A stretch of DNA of 20,000 nt from Scenedesmus sp. PABB004 (taxonomy: Eukaryota), in the NCBI GenBank assembly GCA_014905635.1, contig JABVCE010000005.1, forward strand, positions 1,610,491 to 1,630,490, in the 5' to 3' direction. The notes beneath the pieces are model-generated. The model saw only the letters and a list, made by a program, of their open reading frames with translations. It was not told the DNA's origin and did not search any database. Position numbers and translations under genes: made by a program. This document shows positions 9,901-19,834 of the stretch, piece by piece; within the stretch, counting starts at the first letter, position 1; the number at the start of each line of letters is the position of its first letter.

Positions 9901-10074
9901 CGCGCGCGCCGTGCGCGCGCGCGGGGCGCGCCCCCGGGCCGCGGCCCCGCCGCGCGACGCCCGGCCGCCGCCGCCGCCGCCGCGCGCGCGCAGTATGCGT
10001 TCAGCGGCGCGGCCAAGGAGCGCAGGCGCTACAAGCCGCAGGTCGTGTGCGGCAGCAGCACGCCGGTGGCGTGA
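6941..10074 (+). CDS. Acetamidase/formamidase (FmdA_AmdA family) with predicted signal peptide; 13 exons: 6941(or 6932)-6969, 7286-7436, 7553-7748, 7842-7957, 8068-8128, 8248-8443, 8605-8719, 8833-8895, 9011-9109, 9217-9360, 9483-9618, 9747-9892, 9994-10074
   Basis: Motifs STVHWGYF, GVHILTGPVYVCGAEPGDVLQVEILD, NSIPPTRTGGNMD, TLYFPVEVAGALLSAGDAHVAQGDSEFDGTGIETS, DFQVHQVVDGNWG; N-term MAKIHVTARCLTALLALLAAAAPAPARA-Q; splice phases consistent; TGTAA at 10201-10205. Confidence 0.9.
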
Positions 10075-10200
10075 GCCACCGCCCGCGCCGGCGAGCAGCC
10101 TTCAGTGAGGGACCGCCGGCGCGTCACCAGGGCCCGGGTTGAGCGGCGCGCGCGCGCGCGCACTCGACCTGACCCTTCCGGCACCGTGGTCCGGCAGCCA

Positions 10201-10205
10201 TGTAA
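10201..10205 (+). terminator. TGTAA polyadenylation signal of the amidase gene
   Basis: TGTAA ~127 nt after stop 10074. Confidence 0.65.
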
Positions 10206-10414
10206 CAACCAGTGCGCCGCCGCGCGTGGCGCGCGCACTGCGGGGCGCCATCCGCGCGGCAGCCCGCTCGAGACAGCTGCTGTCGTCGCGGCCCGCGCGG
10301 ACCCCGCCAGCGCGGGCCCAATGGCGTCGCATGAGACACCTTAGGCTCGCTAAGGGTCGTGGCCGGCGCGGTGCCGGCCGCGGGGCTGGTGCGGCGGCGG
10401 CGGCGTCGGAGCGC

Positions 10415-13400
10415 ATGCCGCCGCTGGCGGCGTCGCAGCCAATGGAGGCCCCCCTCAGCCGCTTGCGCAGTTGCCGGGACGGAGCGCGCGACGACCCGGC
10501 AGCTACCATTCTGCGGTGCGGTGTGCAGCATGCGGGGCGGCACCCGCGCGCAGCAGCGGCGACCGCGGGTGACGCGGCCGCCACGCCGCCGCCGACGCCC
10601 CTCCCGCCGCTCTGAACGCAGCACCGCGTTCAGCGCGGAGCACCTGGTCGACCGGCTGCTCGAGCCCGACACGCGGCGCCTGCTGCAGGGCCTGGCGCCG
10701 GCGCAGCGCGCCGCGTCGCTGCGCAAGCTCTACGCGCGCCTCGACGGCCTGGCGGTGGCCGAGCCGGGCGGCGGCTGCTGCGCCGGCGCCGCAGCGCCGG
10801 CGGCCGGGCCCGCCGCGCCAGCGTGGCTCTCGCGGCTGCGCGGCGCGCCGATCGTGCAGCTGCACGGCAGCGGCGAGCTGCTCAGCTGCGACGAGGCCTG
10901 CCTCGCCGCAGACGGGGCCGCGGACGGCAGCGCGCGCTGCCGCCTGCACCTGTGGCCCGCCGACCTCGGCGGCGAGGCGGAGCTGGCGCTCTTCACCGCG
11001 CCCGCGTCCACGCTGCTGACCCCGGCCGGCGGCGCGGCGCCGCTCGGCTTCGCCGACCCCACCAGCCTCGGCGCGTACGGCGGCGCGCTGCTGCGGCGCC
11101 TCGGCGTGCGCGACGCGCCGCTCGCCGCGCTCGTGGACGATGCGCTGCGCCAGCAGGAGGCGTGCTTCATCAGCCACGAGCACCACGCGAGCCTCGTGGC
11201 CCTGCTCTTCCGCCAGCGTGCGCGCCTGGACGGCGCGGCGCGCGACGCGCTGCGCGCGCGCCTGCGCCTGCGCGCCGCGCCGTGCGTCGCGCACGACTGC
11301 TTCGCCGTCTCGCGCTACCCCCTCGCGGGCAGCCTCTGCCTGCCGCCCGGCGGCGGGGCCGCCGGCCCCGCCGCCGCGGGCGTGCCGGCGGAGCTGCAGC
11401 CCGACCTGGAGGCCGCCGGCACGGCGTTTGTGCACGCGCAGTACCTCACCGACCCGTTCCTCGCGGCCTGGCTGGAGCTCGAGCTCGGCTGCGCGCGCCT
11501 GTCGCTGGACGCTGCCGTGGCGCGGCTGCTGCGCCTCTACGGCGACGGCGCCACGCTGTGGCTGGGGCTCACGCAGGAGCGCCACCTGGCGCACGTGGCT
11601 TTCATGGCCCGCGCGCACCGCCACCTGACCCCCGCCACGGTCGCCACGCTGCGGCAGTGGCTGCGCCTGCACGACGCGGCGTCGCCGGCCGCGGCCGAGG
11701 CCGGCGCGGTGCCCGCGCGCAAGGCGTGCGAGCTGCGATGGCCGGACGAGTCCGGGTGTGACGCGTCGTCTGTGCTCGCGTCGCACCTGGAGGCGGCGGG
11801 GGAGGAGGCCTCCGTGCGCGCGCCTGCCGTGCACCCCTGCTACGTCCGCGCGGCGGCGCTCGACGTGCGCAGCGCGGGGGAATGGCGGCGGCTGCTGGGC
11901 GACGCGGGCGTGCGGGCGTCGGGGCCCGACGAGGTGCGGCGACGGCCGCGGCTGGCAGGCGCTCGGCGCGAGCAGCTGGTGCGCCCCGCGCTGACGCCCG
12001 GCTGGCGCGCCTCCCCCGCCCACCTGCGCGCGCAGCTGGTCTTGGCACTCCTGGGCCTCCACACCGCCGAGCGGCTCGACGCCCTGGCCGCCCATCTGGG
12101 CATCAGCCTGCAGCACGTGCTGCGGCAGCAGCTGCAGGCCCTGGCCGCGCTGGGGGGCCAGCTTTCGGCCACGACCGCCGCGGCGGCTCGAGCGGGCCTG
12201 CTGCTGCTGAGCTCCTCCGGCGAGCTGCTGCGCTGCAGCGCGCTGTGTCTGCCGCCGCGCGAGCCCGCGGCAGCGGCGCTGCTGCAGGTGCTGGCGACCA
12301 ACGGCGGCGGCTGCCGTGAGCCGCTGCTGCACGCCGAGCTGGCGGTCGAGGCCCACCGGGAGCTCCTGGTCGACACCCTGGGCGTGCGTGAGCTCGACGC
12401 CGCAGCGCTGTGCAGGGCCATCGCGACGCCCTCCCCCATGCGCGACCTGGGCGCGCCAGACACCCGGGCAGAGGACCTGGCGGTGTGTGTGTGGAGGGGG
12501 GGGGGGGGCAGGCAGGGCGCCCGCGCGCGGCGCTCAGGCGCGGGCGCGCCACCGCGGCCGCGCTGAGCGCTGCGCGCCGCCGCCGCTCGCCGCCCGCTCG
12601 CTGCCGGGGGCGCGCAGGCGCTGCTGCGCTGCCTCTCCTGGCAGCAGGGCGACCCGGGCGAGGTCACGCAGCAGGCGGCGCTGGCGATCTACGCTGAGCT
12701 CGCTGAGCTCGCACGCTGCGGGCGCCACGCCGACCGGCTGGGGGGGCTGCTCGCGGAGCATGTGCTGCTGGTGCACAGCGGCGGCGGGCGCCTCGCGTGG
12801 GCGAACGCGCGGGGGTTGCTGCTGCCCCGCAGCGGGCGCAGCAAGCAGCGCTGGCGCAGCGCGCACCTGCCGGACGACCCCGAGCTGGCAGAGCTGTTTG
12901 CCGGCGGCGACGACGCTGTGCTGCTCGCGGTGCCGCCGGACGAGCTGCCGCCGCTGCTGCCGCTGCTGCGCCGGGCCTGGCCGCCGCTGCCGAGCCTCGC
13001 GGGCAGCGTGGCGTGCGACGCCGTCAGACCCGGCGGCGCGCTGCAGCCCGACGCGGGGTGGACCGAGCGTCTGCGCGGGGCGGCGCCCCTCGTTGCCCGT
13101 GCTCTGTACCACACAGACGGCGACGCCTTCGCGCGCGCGGCGGGTGACGGCCGGCTGCAGGCGCTCGCCGCGGGTCTGGACGCGCACCGCGTGCCCGGCC
13201 TGCGGGAGCGGCTGACCCTGGCCGGCGGCCAGGCCGTGCGCACGCGGCCCGCGCTCGCGGCGGTCGAGAGGCGGCGAGGCGGCCGCTTCCGCCTTTTGCT
13301 CGACGCCGCCGCGAGCGGCCACCGACTGACGATGCGGGTCGCCGCCGCGTGCGCTGCGCACCTCACGGGCGGCGGCGGCCGCGCCGCGGCGACGACCGGG

Positions 13401-14378
13401 CTCGCGCAGGCCGTGGCGGCCGTCCTGCAAGCCTTGGGGCGCAGCCCCGGCGCGGCGGGCCTTGCCGAGGCTGATGACTACCTGCGTGTGGTGTGCCGCG
13501 CCGGTGACATCCCGCGCAGCCAGCTCACGTCGATTGACGGCCTGGCCACGCCGCCGGCGGGCAATGGCGCGCCAGAGGGCGGCGGCGCCGCGGCGCCGGG
13601 GCCGGCGCCGCAGGGAGCCGCGCCCGAGGCGCCTTGCAGCCTTGGCACGGCGGAGAGCCTGGACGCCACCATCGCCGCGGCGCTGGGCGACGTGCAGGCG
13701 GCGGCCGCGGCGGCGCCCGCGACGGAGCTGGAGCAGCTGCGCCGCCGCACGGCCGCGCTGCGCCTCGACGCCCGCGGCGGCGACGCCTGCGGCAGCTGGT
13801 TCAGCGCGGCGGCGGCCGAGCTCGAGTGCAACGCGCGCGGCAACGCGGTCGGCATCCTCGGCGAGCTCTACGCCTTCAGCTGGCTCCGCCGCATGCTGCC
13901 GGGCTTTGGCGACGCGTGCTTCGCGTCGGGCGCGCGCCGCCACGCGGGCCTGCCGCCGCTCGAGGGCGCCGACGAGCCGCCGTATGACTTTGTCTACGAC
14001 GACGCGACCGGGCGGCTCAGCGGGCGGGAGCGTGGCACGCCGCCCGTGCGCTGCTACATCGAGGTCAAGTCCACGAGCGGCGCTGGGCACGAGGGCGTCC
14101 GCCTCTCGGCGCGCGAGTGGGCGCTCGCGCAGGAGGCGCACGCGGCGCCCGGCGAGCAGCTGTTCGTCGTGCTGCGCGTCGCCGGCGTGCACGCCACGCC
14201 GCAGGCCGGCGCGCCGCGTGTCGTCGCGCTGCTGCCAGACCCGGTGGAGCTGGTCGCGCGCGGCGAGCTGCGCAGCCGCCTCGTGGGCAGCGACATGGTG
14301 CTGTCGGGCTTCATGCCGAGGGACGGCACCGAGCTGCAGCCGCCGCCCTGGCGCTGCCGCGCGGCGTGCTGCGCGTGA
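10415..14378 (+). CDS. ~1206-aa protein with internal repeats and a C-terminal NO VEIN-C (DUF3883)-like PD-(D/E)XK nuclease domain; exons 10415-10515, 10622-11933, 12036-12482, 12618-14378
   Basis: C-term GILGELYAF...PPYDFVYDD...CYIEVKSTS...VRLSAREWALA...FVVLRV...LLPDPVEL matches the NOV-C pattern (GE..A, YD, IEVK, S.xEW); HLPDDPELAELF resembles the NOV-like PDD..L..LF motif; three GT-AG introns give a continuous frame (3621 nt). Start codon (10415 or 10442) is uncertain. Confidence 0.75.
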
Positions 14379-14510
14379 CCCACCGGCGCTGAAAAACCGC
14401 GCCATTTTCTGTTTGCTGCGCCGGGCGGCGCCGCGCTCTGAACCGCCCCAACCGCGTCGGGCCCGAGCCGCAGCCGCCGTGCACGGCGCAGCTGCGCAAC
14501 GAGCGGCCGT

Positions 14511-14515
14511 TTACA
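14511..14515 (-). terminator. TGTAA polyadenylation signal of RPT5
   Basis: TTACA on + strand, ~70 nt beyond the RPT5 stop. Confidence 0.65.
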
Positions 14516-14585
14516 GCGCCCGCCCGCCCGCCCGCGCGCGCGCGCGCGCACGCGCGCCCGCCGGCCGCCGCGCCTGAGCGGCCGC

Positions 14586-16324
14586 TCAGGCGTAGTACAT
14601 GAGCGTCGCCTTCTTCTTGGCCTGCACCGCGACGATGCCCTCCACAAAGTCCTCGTGGTTGACCTCCAGGCCGTCGCGCCGCAGCGCGAGCATGCCCGCC
14701 TCGACGCACACGGCCTTGAGCTGCGCGGCGTTGAAGTCGTCGCTCGAGCGCGCGAGCTCCTCAAAGTTGACGCCCGGGCCCACGTTCATCTTGCGGCTGT
14801 GGATGCGCAGGATCTTGGCCCGCGCGTCCTCGTTGGGGTGCGGGAACTCGATCTTGCGGTCGAGCCGCCCCGAGCGCATGAGCGCGGGGTCGAGGATGTC
14901 CGCGCGGTTGGTCGCCGCGATGACCTGCCGCGTGCGGCGCGCGGCGCGGCGCGGCCGTGACGCGGCGCCGCGCACAGCCCGCGCGCGCTGCCGGCCGCTG
15001 CCGCGCGGCGCGCGCGCGCCGCCGCCGGCGCCGGCGCCGCACCTTGACATTGTCGTTGCTGGTGAAGCCGTCGAGCTGGTTGAGCAGCTCGAGCATCGTG
15101 CGCTGCACCTCGCGGTCGCCCGAGAGCTCGCTGTCGAAGCGCTTGGTGCCGATGGCGTCGATCTCGTCGATGAAGATGATCGCCGGCTGCTTCTCCTTGG
15201 CGAGCGCAAACGCGTCGCGCACCATCTTGGCGCCGTCGCCGATGAACATCTGCACCAGCTGCGGCCCCGCGAGCTTCAGGAACGTCGCGTTGGTCTGCGC
15301 CGCGCACGCGCGCGCCAGCAGCGTCTTGCCCGTGCCCGGCGCGCCGTACAGCAGCACGCCCTTGGGCGGGCGGATGCCGAGCTTGACGAAGCGATCCTTG
15401 TGTTGGATGGGCAGCACGACCGCCTCGACCAGCTCCTGCGCACCGCGGCGCGGCGGGCGGGCGCGGCAGGCGGGCGGGCCGCGGCGGCGGCGGCGTGAGC
15501 GCGCGGGCCGCCGGCGCTGCCGGCGCTGCTGGCGCTCTGCCGTCCAGGGCGCCCACTGCCCAGGCCACCCGCTGCCCAGGCTGCGCTGCTGCCGCGCGAG
15601 CTGCCGCCGCTGATGGTGCCCACGCCGCCGCCGCTGCTGCTGCTGCCGTCGCTCCTGCCGCCGCCGCCTGCGCTGCCGCTCCAGCTGCCGCTGCAGCTCC
15701 AGCCGCCGCTCCAGCCGCCGCTCCAGCCGCCGCCCTAGCCGCTGCAGCCGCCGCCGCGCCGGCCCGCGCGCGCGCCTGGATCTGCTTGTCGAGGCCGCCG
15801 ATGTCGCTGTAGTCCTCGGTCGGCTTCTCGTCCACCTCCATCGCCTTGACGCGGCTGTCGTACTCCGCGGGCAGCGTGTCGAGGATGAGGTAGGAGTCCT
15901 TGTTCACGCCGACGAGGTCGCCCGGGCGCAGCGCCGTCGCGTCGACGAGGCCGACGACGGGCAGGAAGATGGTTTGCCGCGTGCTCGTCTTGAGCACGAC
16001 GCACTTGCCCTGCCGCTGCGAGTCGAGGTCGGCGGTGGCGCCGTCCTCCTCCTCCTCCTCCTCCGGCTTGACGTCGAGCACCTCGACGATGTTGCCGACG
16101 AGGTACGGGAGCTGGTTGTTCAGCTTGATTTTCTCCTTGTTCTCCTTGATCTTGTCGCGCAGGCCGTTCTGGTCAAGGCTGAGCCGGGTGCTCTCGTCCT
16201 TGAGCACCCGAATCTCGTTGTCCAGCAGCCGCGCGCGCTGGGTGATGGCCTCAACAGACATGTGCTCAAACTCCTTGGGCAGCACGTCCTCCGCGTCCTC
16301 GAACAGCTCCTTCTCGATGTCCAT
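14586..16324 (-). CDS. RPT5: 26S proteasome AAA-ATPase regulatory subunit RPT5 (6A/PSMC3), 426 aa; exons 16324-15776, 15435-15043, 14924-14586
   Basis: [64 protein letters not shown], Walker [26 protein letters not shown], Walker [24 protein letters not shown]-terminal HbYX-type YYA; intron 1 is GC-AG. Confidence 0.97.
15585..15757. repeat. Imperfect (GCN)n triplet tract with 12-mer CCAGCCGCCGCT units inside RPT5 intron 1
   Basis: gct/gcc/gca triplets in phase, with tandem 12-nt units around 15699-15735. Confidence 0.7.
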
Positions 16325-16747
16325 GGCTGCTCCCGGCCCCCGGGGGCGTCACAACCCGGCCGGCCGCGCCGCGGCGGGGGCCCTGGCGGCCGGGAGACGA
16401 CAACCGAGCGAGCTGCTGCTGATGGCGGTTGCGGCCGGGCGGGCTGGGCGGCTGTGGGCCTCGGCGTGACCTGTCGCGGCTGTGGCGTCCACGGCTACGC
16501 ACTGGGAGGCGATCTGTGGGCCGCGGGAGCGCGTGCGGCGTGCTCGCCCCGCGCCTCTCGCGAGCCCGCCGGGGCTCAGCGCTGGCGAGACAGGCCCTGG
16601 CCACTCGGGGTGCCCACGCGCCTCCACGTCGCACAAACCCCACACGAGCGCGCTGGCCGGCAGAGCGCGCGCCCACACTCGACCGCCGCCCGCCGCGCAG
16701 CGCCCGCCACAGGCGCGCCGCTGCTGCCGCCGCCGCGCGCCGCAGCC

Positions 16748-18269
16748 ATGCTGGCACGCCGCAGCGCCACTTTTGCGGCCCAACAGCGGCATGGCGCCAT
16801 GCCCAAGACGGCCTCGCCGAGCGGCGGCGCGGCGCGGCGCTGGCGCGCGGCCGCGGCGCCCAAGCCGGCCTCCCCGTTTGCTGCCCAGCCCGCAGCGGCC
16901 CAGCCCGGGCAGCAGCAGCAGCAGCAGCAGCAGCCGCCGCCGCAGCCGTCGCCGCCGCAGCCGAGCTGGCGGGACGGCGTGACCACGCACAGCTGGGCGT
17001 GGCGCGGCAGCGAGAGCGGCGTCGAGGCGCGCGTGAGCTACGTCACGGCCGGCTGCGGCCGCCCGGTGCTGCTCGTGCACGGCTTTGGCGCGTCGTCGGG
17101 CCACTGGCGGCGCACGATTCCCTACCTCGCGGCCCACGGCTGCAAGGTGTGGGCCATTGACCTCGTGGGCTTTGGCGAGTCCGACAAGCCCGCGCGGCAG
17201 TACACGATCGAGCTCTGGGCGGAGCTGATTCGTGATTTCCTGGCCGAGTTCTCCCCCGGCGCGCCGGCCGTGCTCATCGGCAACAGCATCGGCAGCCTCA
17301 GCGTGCTCGCCGCCGCCGCGGCGGCCGCCCCCGGCGCGCTCGCGGGCGTCGCGCTGCTCAACAGCGCCGGCGCAATGAACAACAAGGCGAGCCGTGGCTT
17401 GAGCTGACTTGGCTGACTTGGTTGCCTTGGCGCTGTGTGTTCGCGCGCGCACGCGCGCACGGGGCTGGAGGGCGCGCCGGGGCGAGCAGCGCGCGGCGCG
17501 GGGCGCGGCGGCCCCGCCGCGGCCGACCGCCGTGCGCGGGCGCAGGGCGTGGTCAGCGACTGGCGCATCGTGGCGGCGTGGCCGCTGCTGCTGCTGATCG
17601 ACCTGCTGCTCAAGACGCCGCCCATAGCGGCCGCGCTTTTCAACGCGCTCGCCCAGTGAGCGCCGCGCCGCGGCTGTGCCGCGGCTGGGCGCAGCACCCC
17701 GCGCGCGCGCCGCCGCTGGCTGCGCCCCGCGCGCGCCCCACGCGCGCCCCGCCGCGCATCCCCCGGCGCAGGCCCGAGACGGTGCGCAAGGTGCTGGAGG
17801 GCGTGTACGCCGACAAGGCCGCGGTGGACGGCGAGCTGGTGGACATCATCCTCGCGCCCGCGTTCACGCCTGGCGCGCTGGGCGTGTTTGTGAGCGTGAT
17901 CACGGGCCCGCCCGGGCCCAAGCCCTGGGACCTGCTGCCGCGCGTGGACTGCCCCCTGCTCGTGGCGTGGGGCGACGCCGACCCGTTCACGCCGATCGAC
18001 GGCCCCGTGGGGAAGTGCGTGCGGGCGGGCGGGCGGCCGCGCGGGCGAGCGCTGGCTGTGTGTGTGCGCACGCGCCGCCCGCCCACGCGCCGCCGCCGCC
18101 GCCTCCGCGGCTGCGGCGCTCGCCCAGGTACTTTGCTGATCTCGCGGGCAGCCGGCCGGACACGGAGTTTGTGCTGCTGGAGGGCGTCGGGCACTGCCCC
18201 CAGGACGACGCGCCCGAGCGGCAGCTGCACCCCCGGCTGCTGAGCTGGGTGCAGCAGCTGCCGGCGTGA
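16748..18269 (+). CDS. CLD1: Alpha/beta hydrolase, chlorophyll dephytylase CLD1-like (pheophytinase-related), probable plastid transit peptide; exons 16748-17386, 17546-17655, 17772-18014, 18128-18269
   Basis: LLVHGFGASSGHWRR, IDLVGFGESDKP, nucleophile elbow GNSIG, GAMNNK|GVVSDWRI...PLLLLIDLLLK, FVSVITGPPGP, WGDADPFTPIDGPVGKYF, GVGHCPQDD closely recall Arabidopsis CLD1; Ala/Arg-rich N-term followed by poly-Q/P; intron 1 is GC-AG. Confidence 0.85.
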
Positions 18270-18416
18270 GCTTGCGCGCGGAACGGTCGGCGGGGTGGCG
18301 GTCGGTCCGAGTTAACTTGCCCAGCCCGCCCCCTCGCTGTCCAACAGAGGGCTGGCAGCACTCGCGCGCCTGGAAGCACGCACACAGCAGAGGGCTTTGG
18401 CCACAGCGCGCCGCCG

Positions 18417-19505
18417 TCAGGCGCTCGGCGGCTGCTCCAGCAGCCCCGCCTGCTCCTCGGCGGCCGCGCCGCCGCCCGGCGCCGCGGCGTGCCGCGGCAG
18501 CGTGCCGCTGCGGGCGCGGCCGAGCAGGCCGCCGCCGCCGCCGCTGGCGCCGGCCTCGCCGCCGCCGCCGCTGGTCGCCTTGGCGTGCGCAAACACGACG
18601 CCCGCGGCGAGGCCGATGAGCACGCTCGCGACGTTGTTGGCGCTCGTGGGCGCGCGGAAGATGGCCATGCCCAGCAGCGCGAGGGGAATCTTGTTCAGCG
18701 ACCCCACGAGGCTGAACGTCGTCGCGGTGGTGCAGGAGAGAAACCACATCGACGCGATGCTGATGAGGAAGCTCAGCGCCGCGCTCGCGGCCGCGGCGGC
18801 GAGGAAGCCCGGCCGCGTCAGCGCCGCCTCGGAGCGCAGGCGCCCCGCCTCGCCCGTCGCGAGCACGAGGCCCGCGATCATGGGGATGGAGAGCAGGTTG
18901 TTGTAGACCACCATGCCCAGCTCGTCCGCGCCGCCGGCCTTGTGCGTTATGACGGCCATGCGCGTGATGACGGCGCGGAGCCAGAGGGAGTAGCCCGCGG
19001 TGAACGCGTTGTTCGCGAGCTGCCACGCGTAGCCGGGGCCGTCAAACGCGAGGTCGGTCGCCGCCGCCGCGCCGGCCGAGGCGAGCATGAGCAGCAGCGT
19101 CGCCCACACGCCCGCGCCGTAGCGCTTGCCAAAGAGCGCGAGGTCGCCCCAGATGACGAGGAAGTTGGTCAGGTTCTTGAGCACCGTGACCATGGCGACG
19201 CCGAGGCTGCGCAGCGCGTAGAAGCTCGTCCAGACCATGCCCACGAACAACACGTTCACGGGCAGCCACAGGCGCAGCAGCCGGGCGTTGAGCGGCGGCG
19301 GGCGGCCGAAGCCCGCCGCGTACGCGGCGCCGACAAACGCGAGCGTGAGCGTGCACTGGAAGCACAACAGCGCGGTCGGCGCGGTGAAGTGGAACGCGCT
19401 CAGCACGGCCTTGTTGAGCAGCGTCATCGCCGCCGAGGTCGCGCAGAAGCAGGCGCCCGAGGCCAGCTCCTCCGACATGCCGCACCAGCGCCGCGGCGGC
19501 GCCAT
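18417..19505 (-). CDS. GONST1: Golgi GDP-mannose transporter (GONST1/VRG4-like), intronless, 362 aa
   Basis: MTLLNKAVLS, WLPVNVLFVGM, SLGVAMVTVLKNLTN, DLAFDGPGYAW, MVVYNNLLSIP, TTATTFSLVGSLNKIPL (GXLNK GDP-sugar motif); multiple hydrophobic helices. Confidence 0.9.
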   Translation of the reverse strand: MAPPRRWCGMSEELASGACFCATSAAMTLLNKAVLSAFHFTAPTALLCFQCTLTLAFVGAAYAAGFGRPPPLNARLLRLWLPVNVLFVGMVWTSFYALRSLGVAMVTVLKNLTNFLVIWGDLALFGKRYGAGVWATLLLMLASAGAAAATDLAFDGPGYAWQLANNAFTAGYSLWLRAVITRMAVITHKAGGADELGMVVYNNLLSIPMIAGLVLATGEAGRLRSEAALTRPGFLAAAAASAALSFLISIASMWFLSCTTATTFSLVGSLNKIPLALLGMAIFRAPTSANNVASVLIGLAAGVVFAHAKATSGGGGEAGASGGGGGLLGRARSGTLPRHAAAPGGGAAAEEQAGLLEQPPSA

Positions 19506-19802
19506 CGCTGCCGCGGCCAGCAGTCGCCGCGCCGCGGCCCGCCGCCGGCCCGCCGCCGCCCCTGGCGACGCGCGGCGTGGTCGCGCCGGACCGCCGTGGG
19601 CACGCCCCGCCGCCCGCGCCGGCGCGGGAGGACTAGGGCCGCCGCTGCGCCGCGGCGGGCGCAACCGACGCCGCGGCGCGCATCTGCGCTGCCTGCCGCA
19701 CGGCTCGCAGTGGGGCAGCGGCTGCCTTGGCGGGGTCGGGTGCGCCGTGCTCACGCACAGCGCGCGGACCTGCGGGCGGCCAGGGAGTGGTGGAGCGGCG
19801 CT

Positions 19803-19834
19803 CTGCTGCTGCTGCTGCCGCTGCTGCTGCTGCT
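19803..19834. repeat. Short imperfect (CTG)n microsatellite upstream of the GONST gene
   Basis: ctgctgctgctgctgccgctgctgctgctgct. Confidence 0.6.

Noticed and set aside
14355..14378. C-terminal CRAACCA as a prenylation signal on the nuclease protein
   Set aside because: The last four residues (ACCA) do not fit CaaX; there is no support beyond two cysteines.
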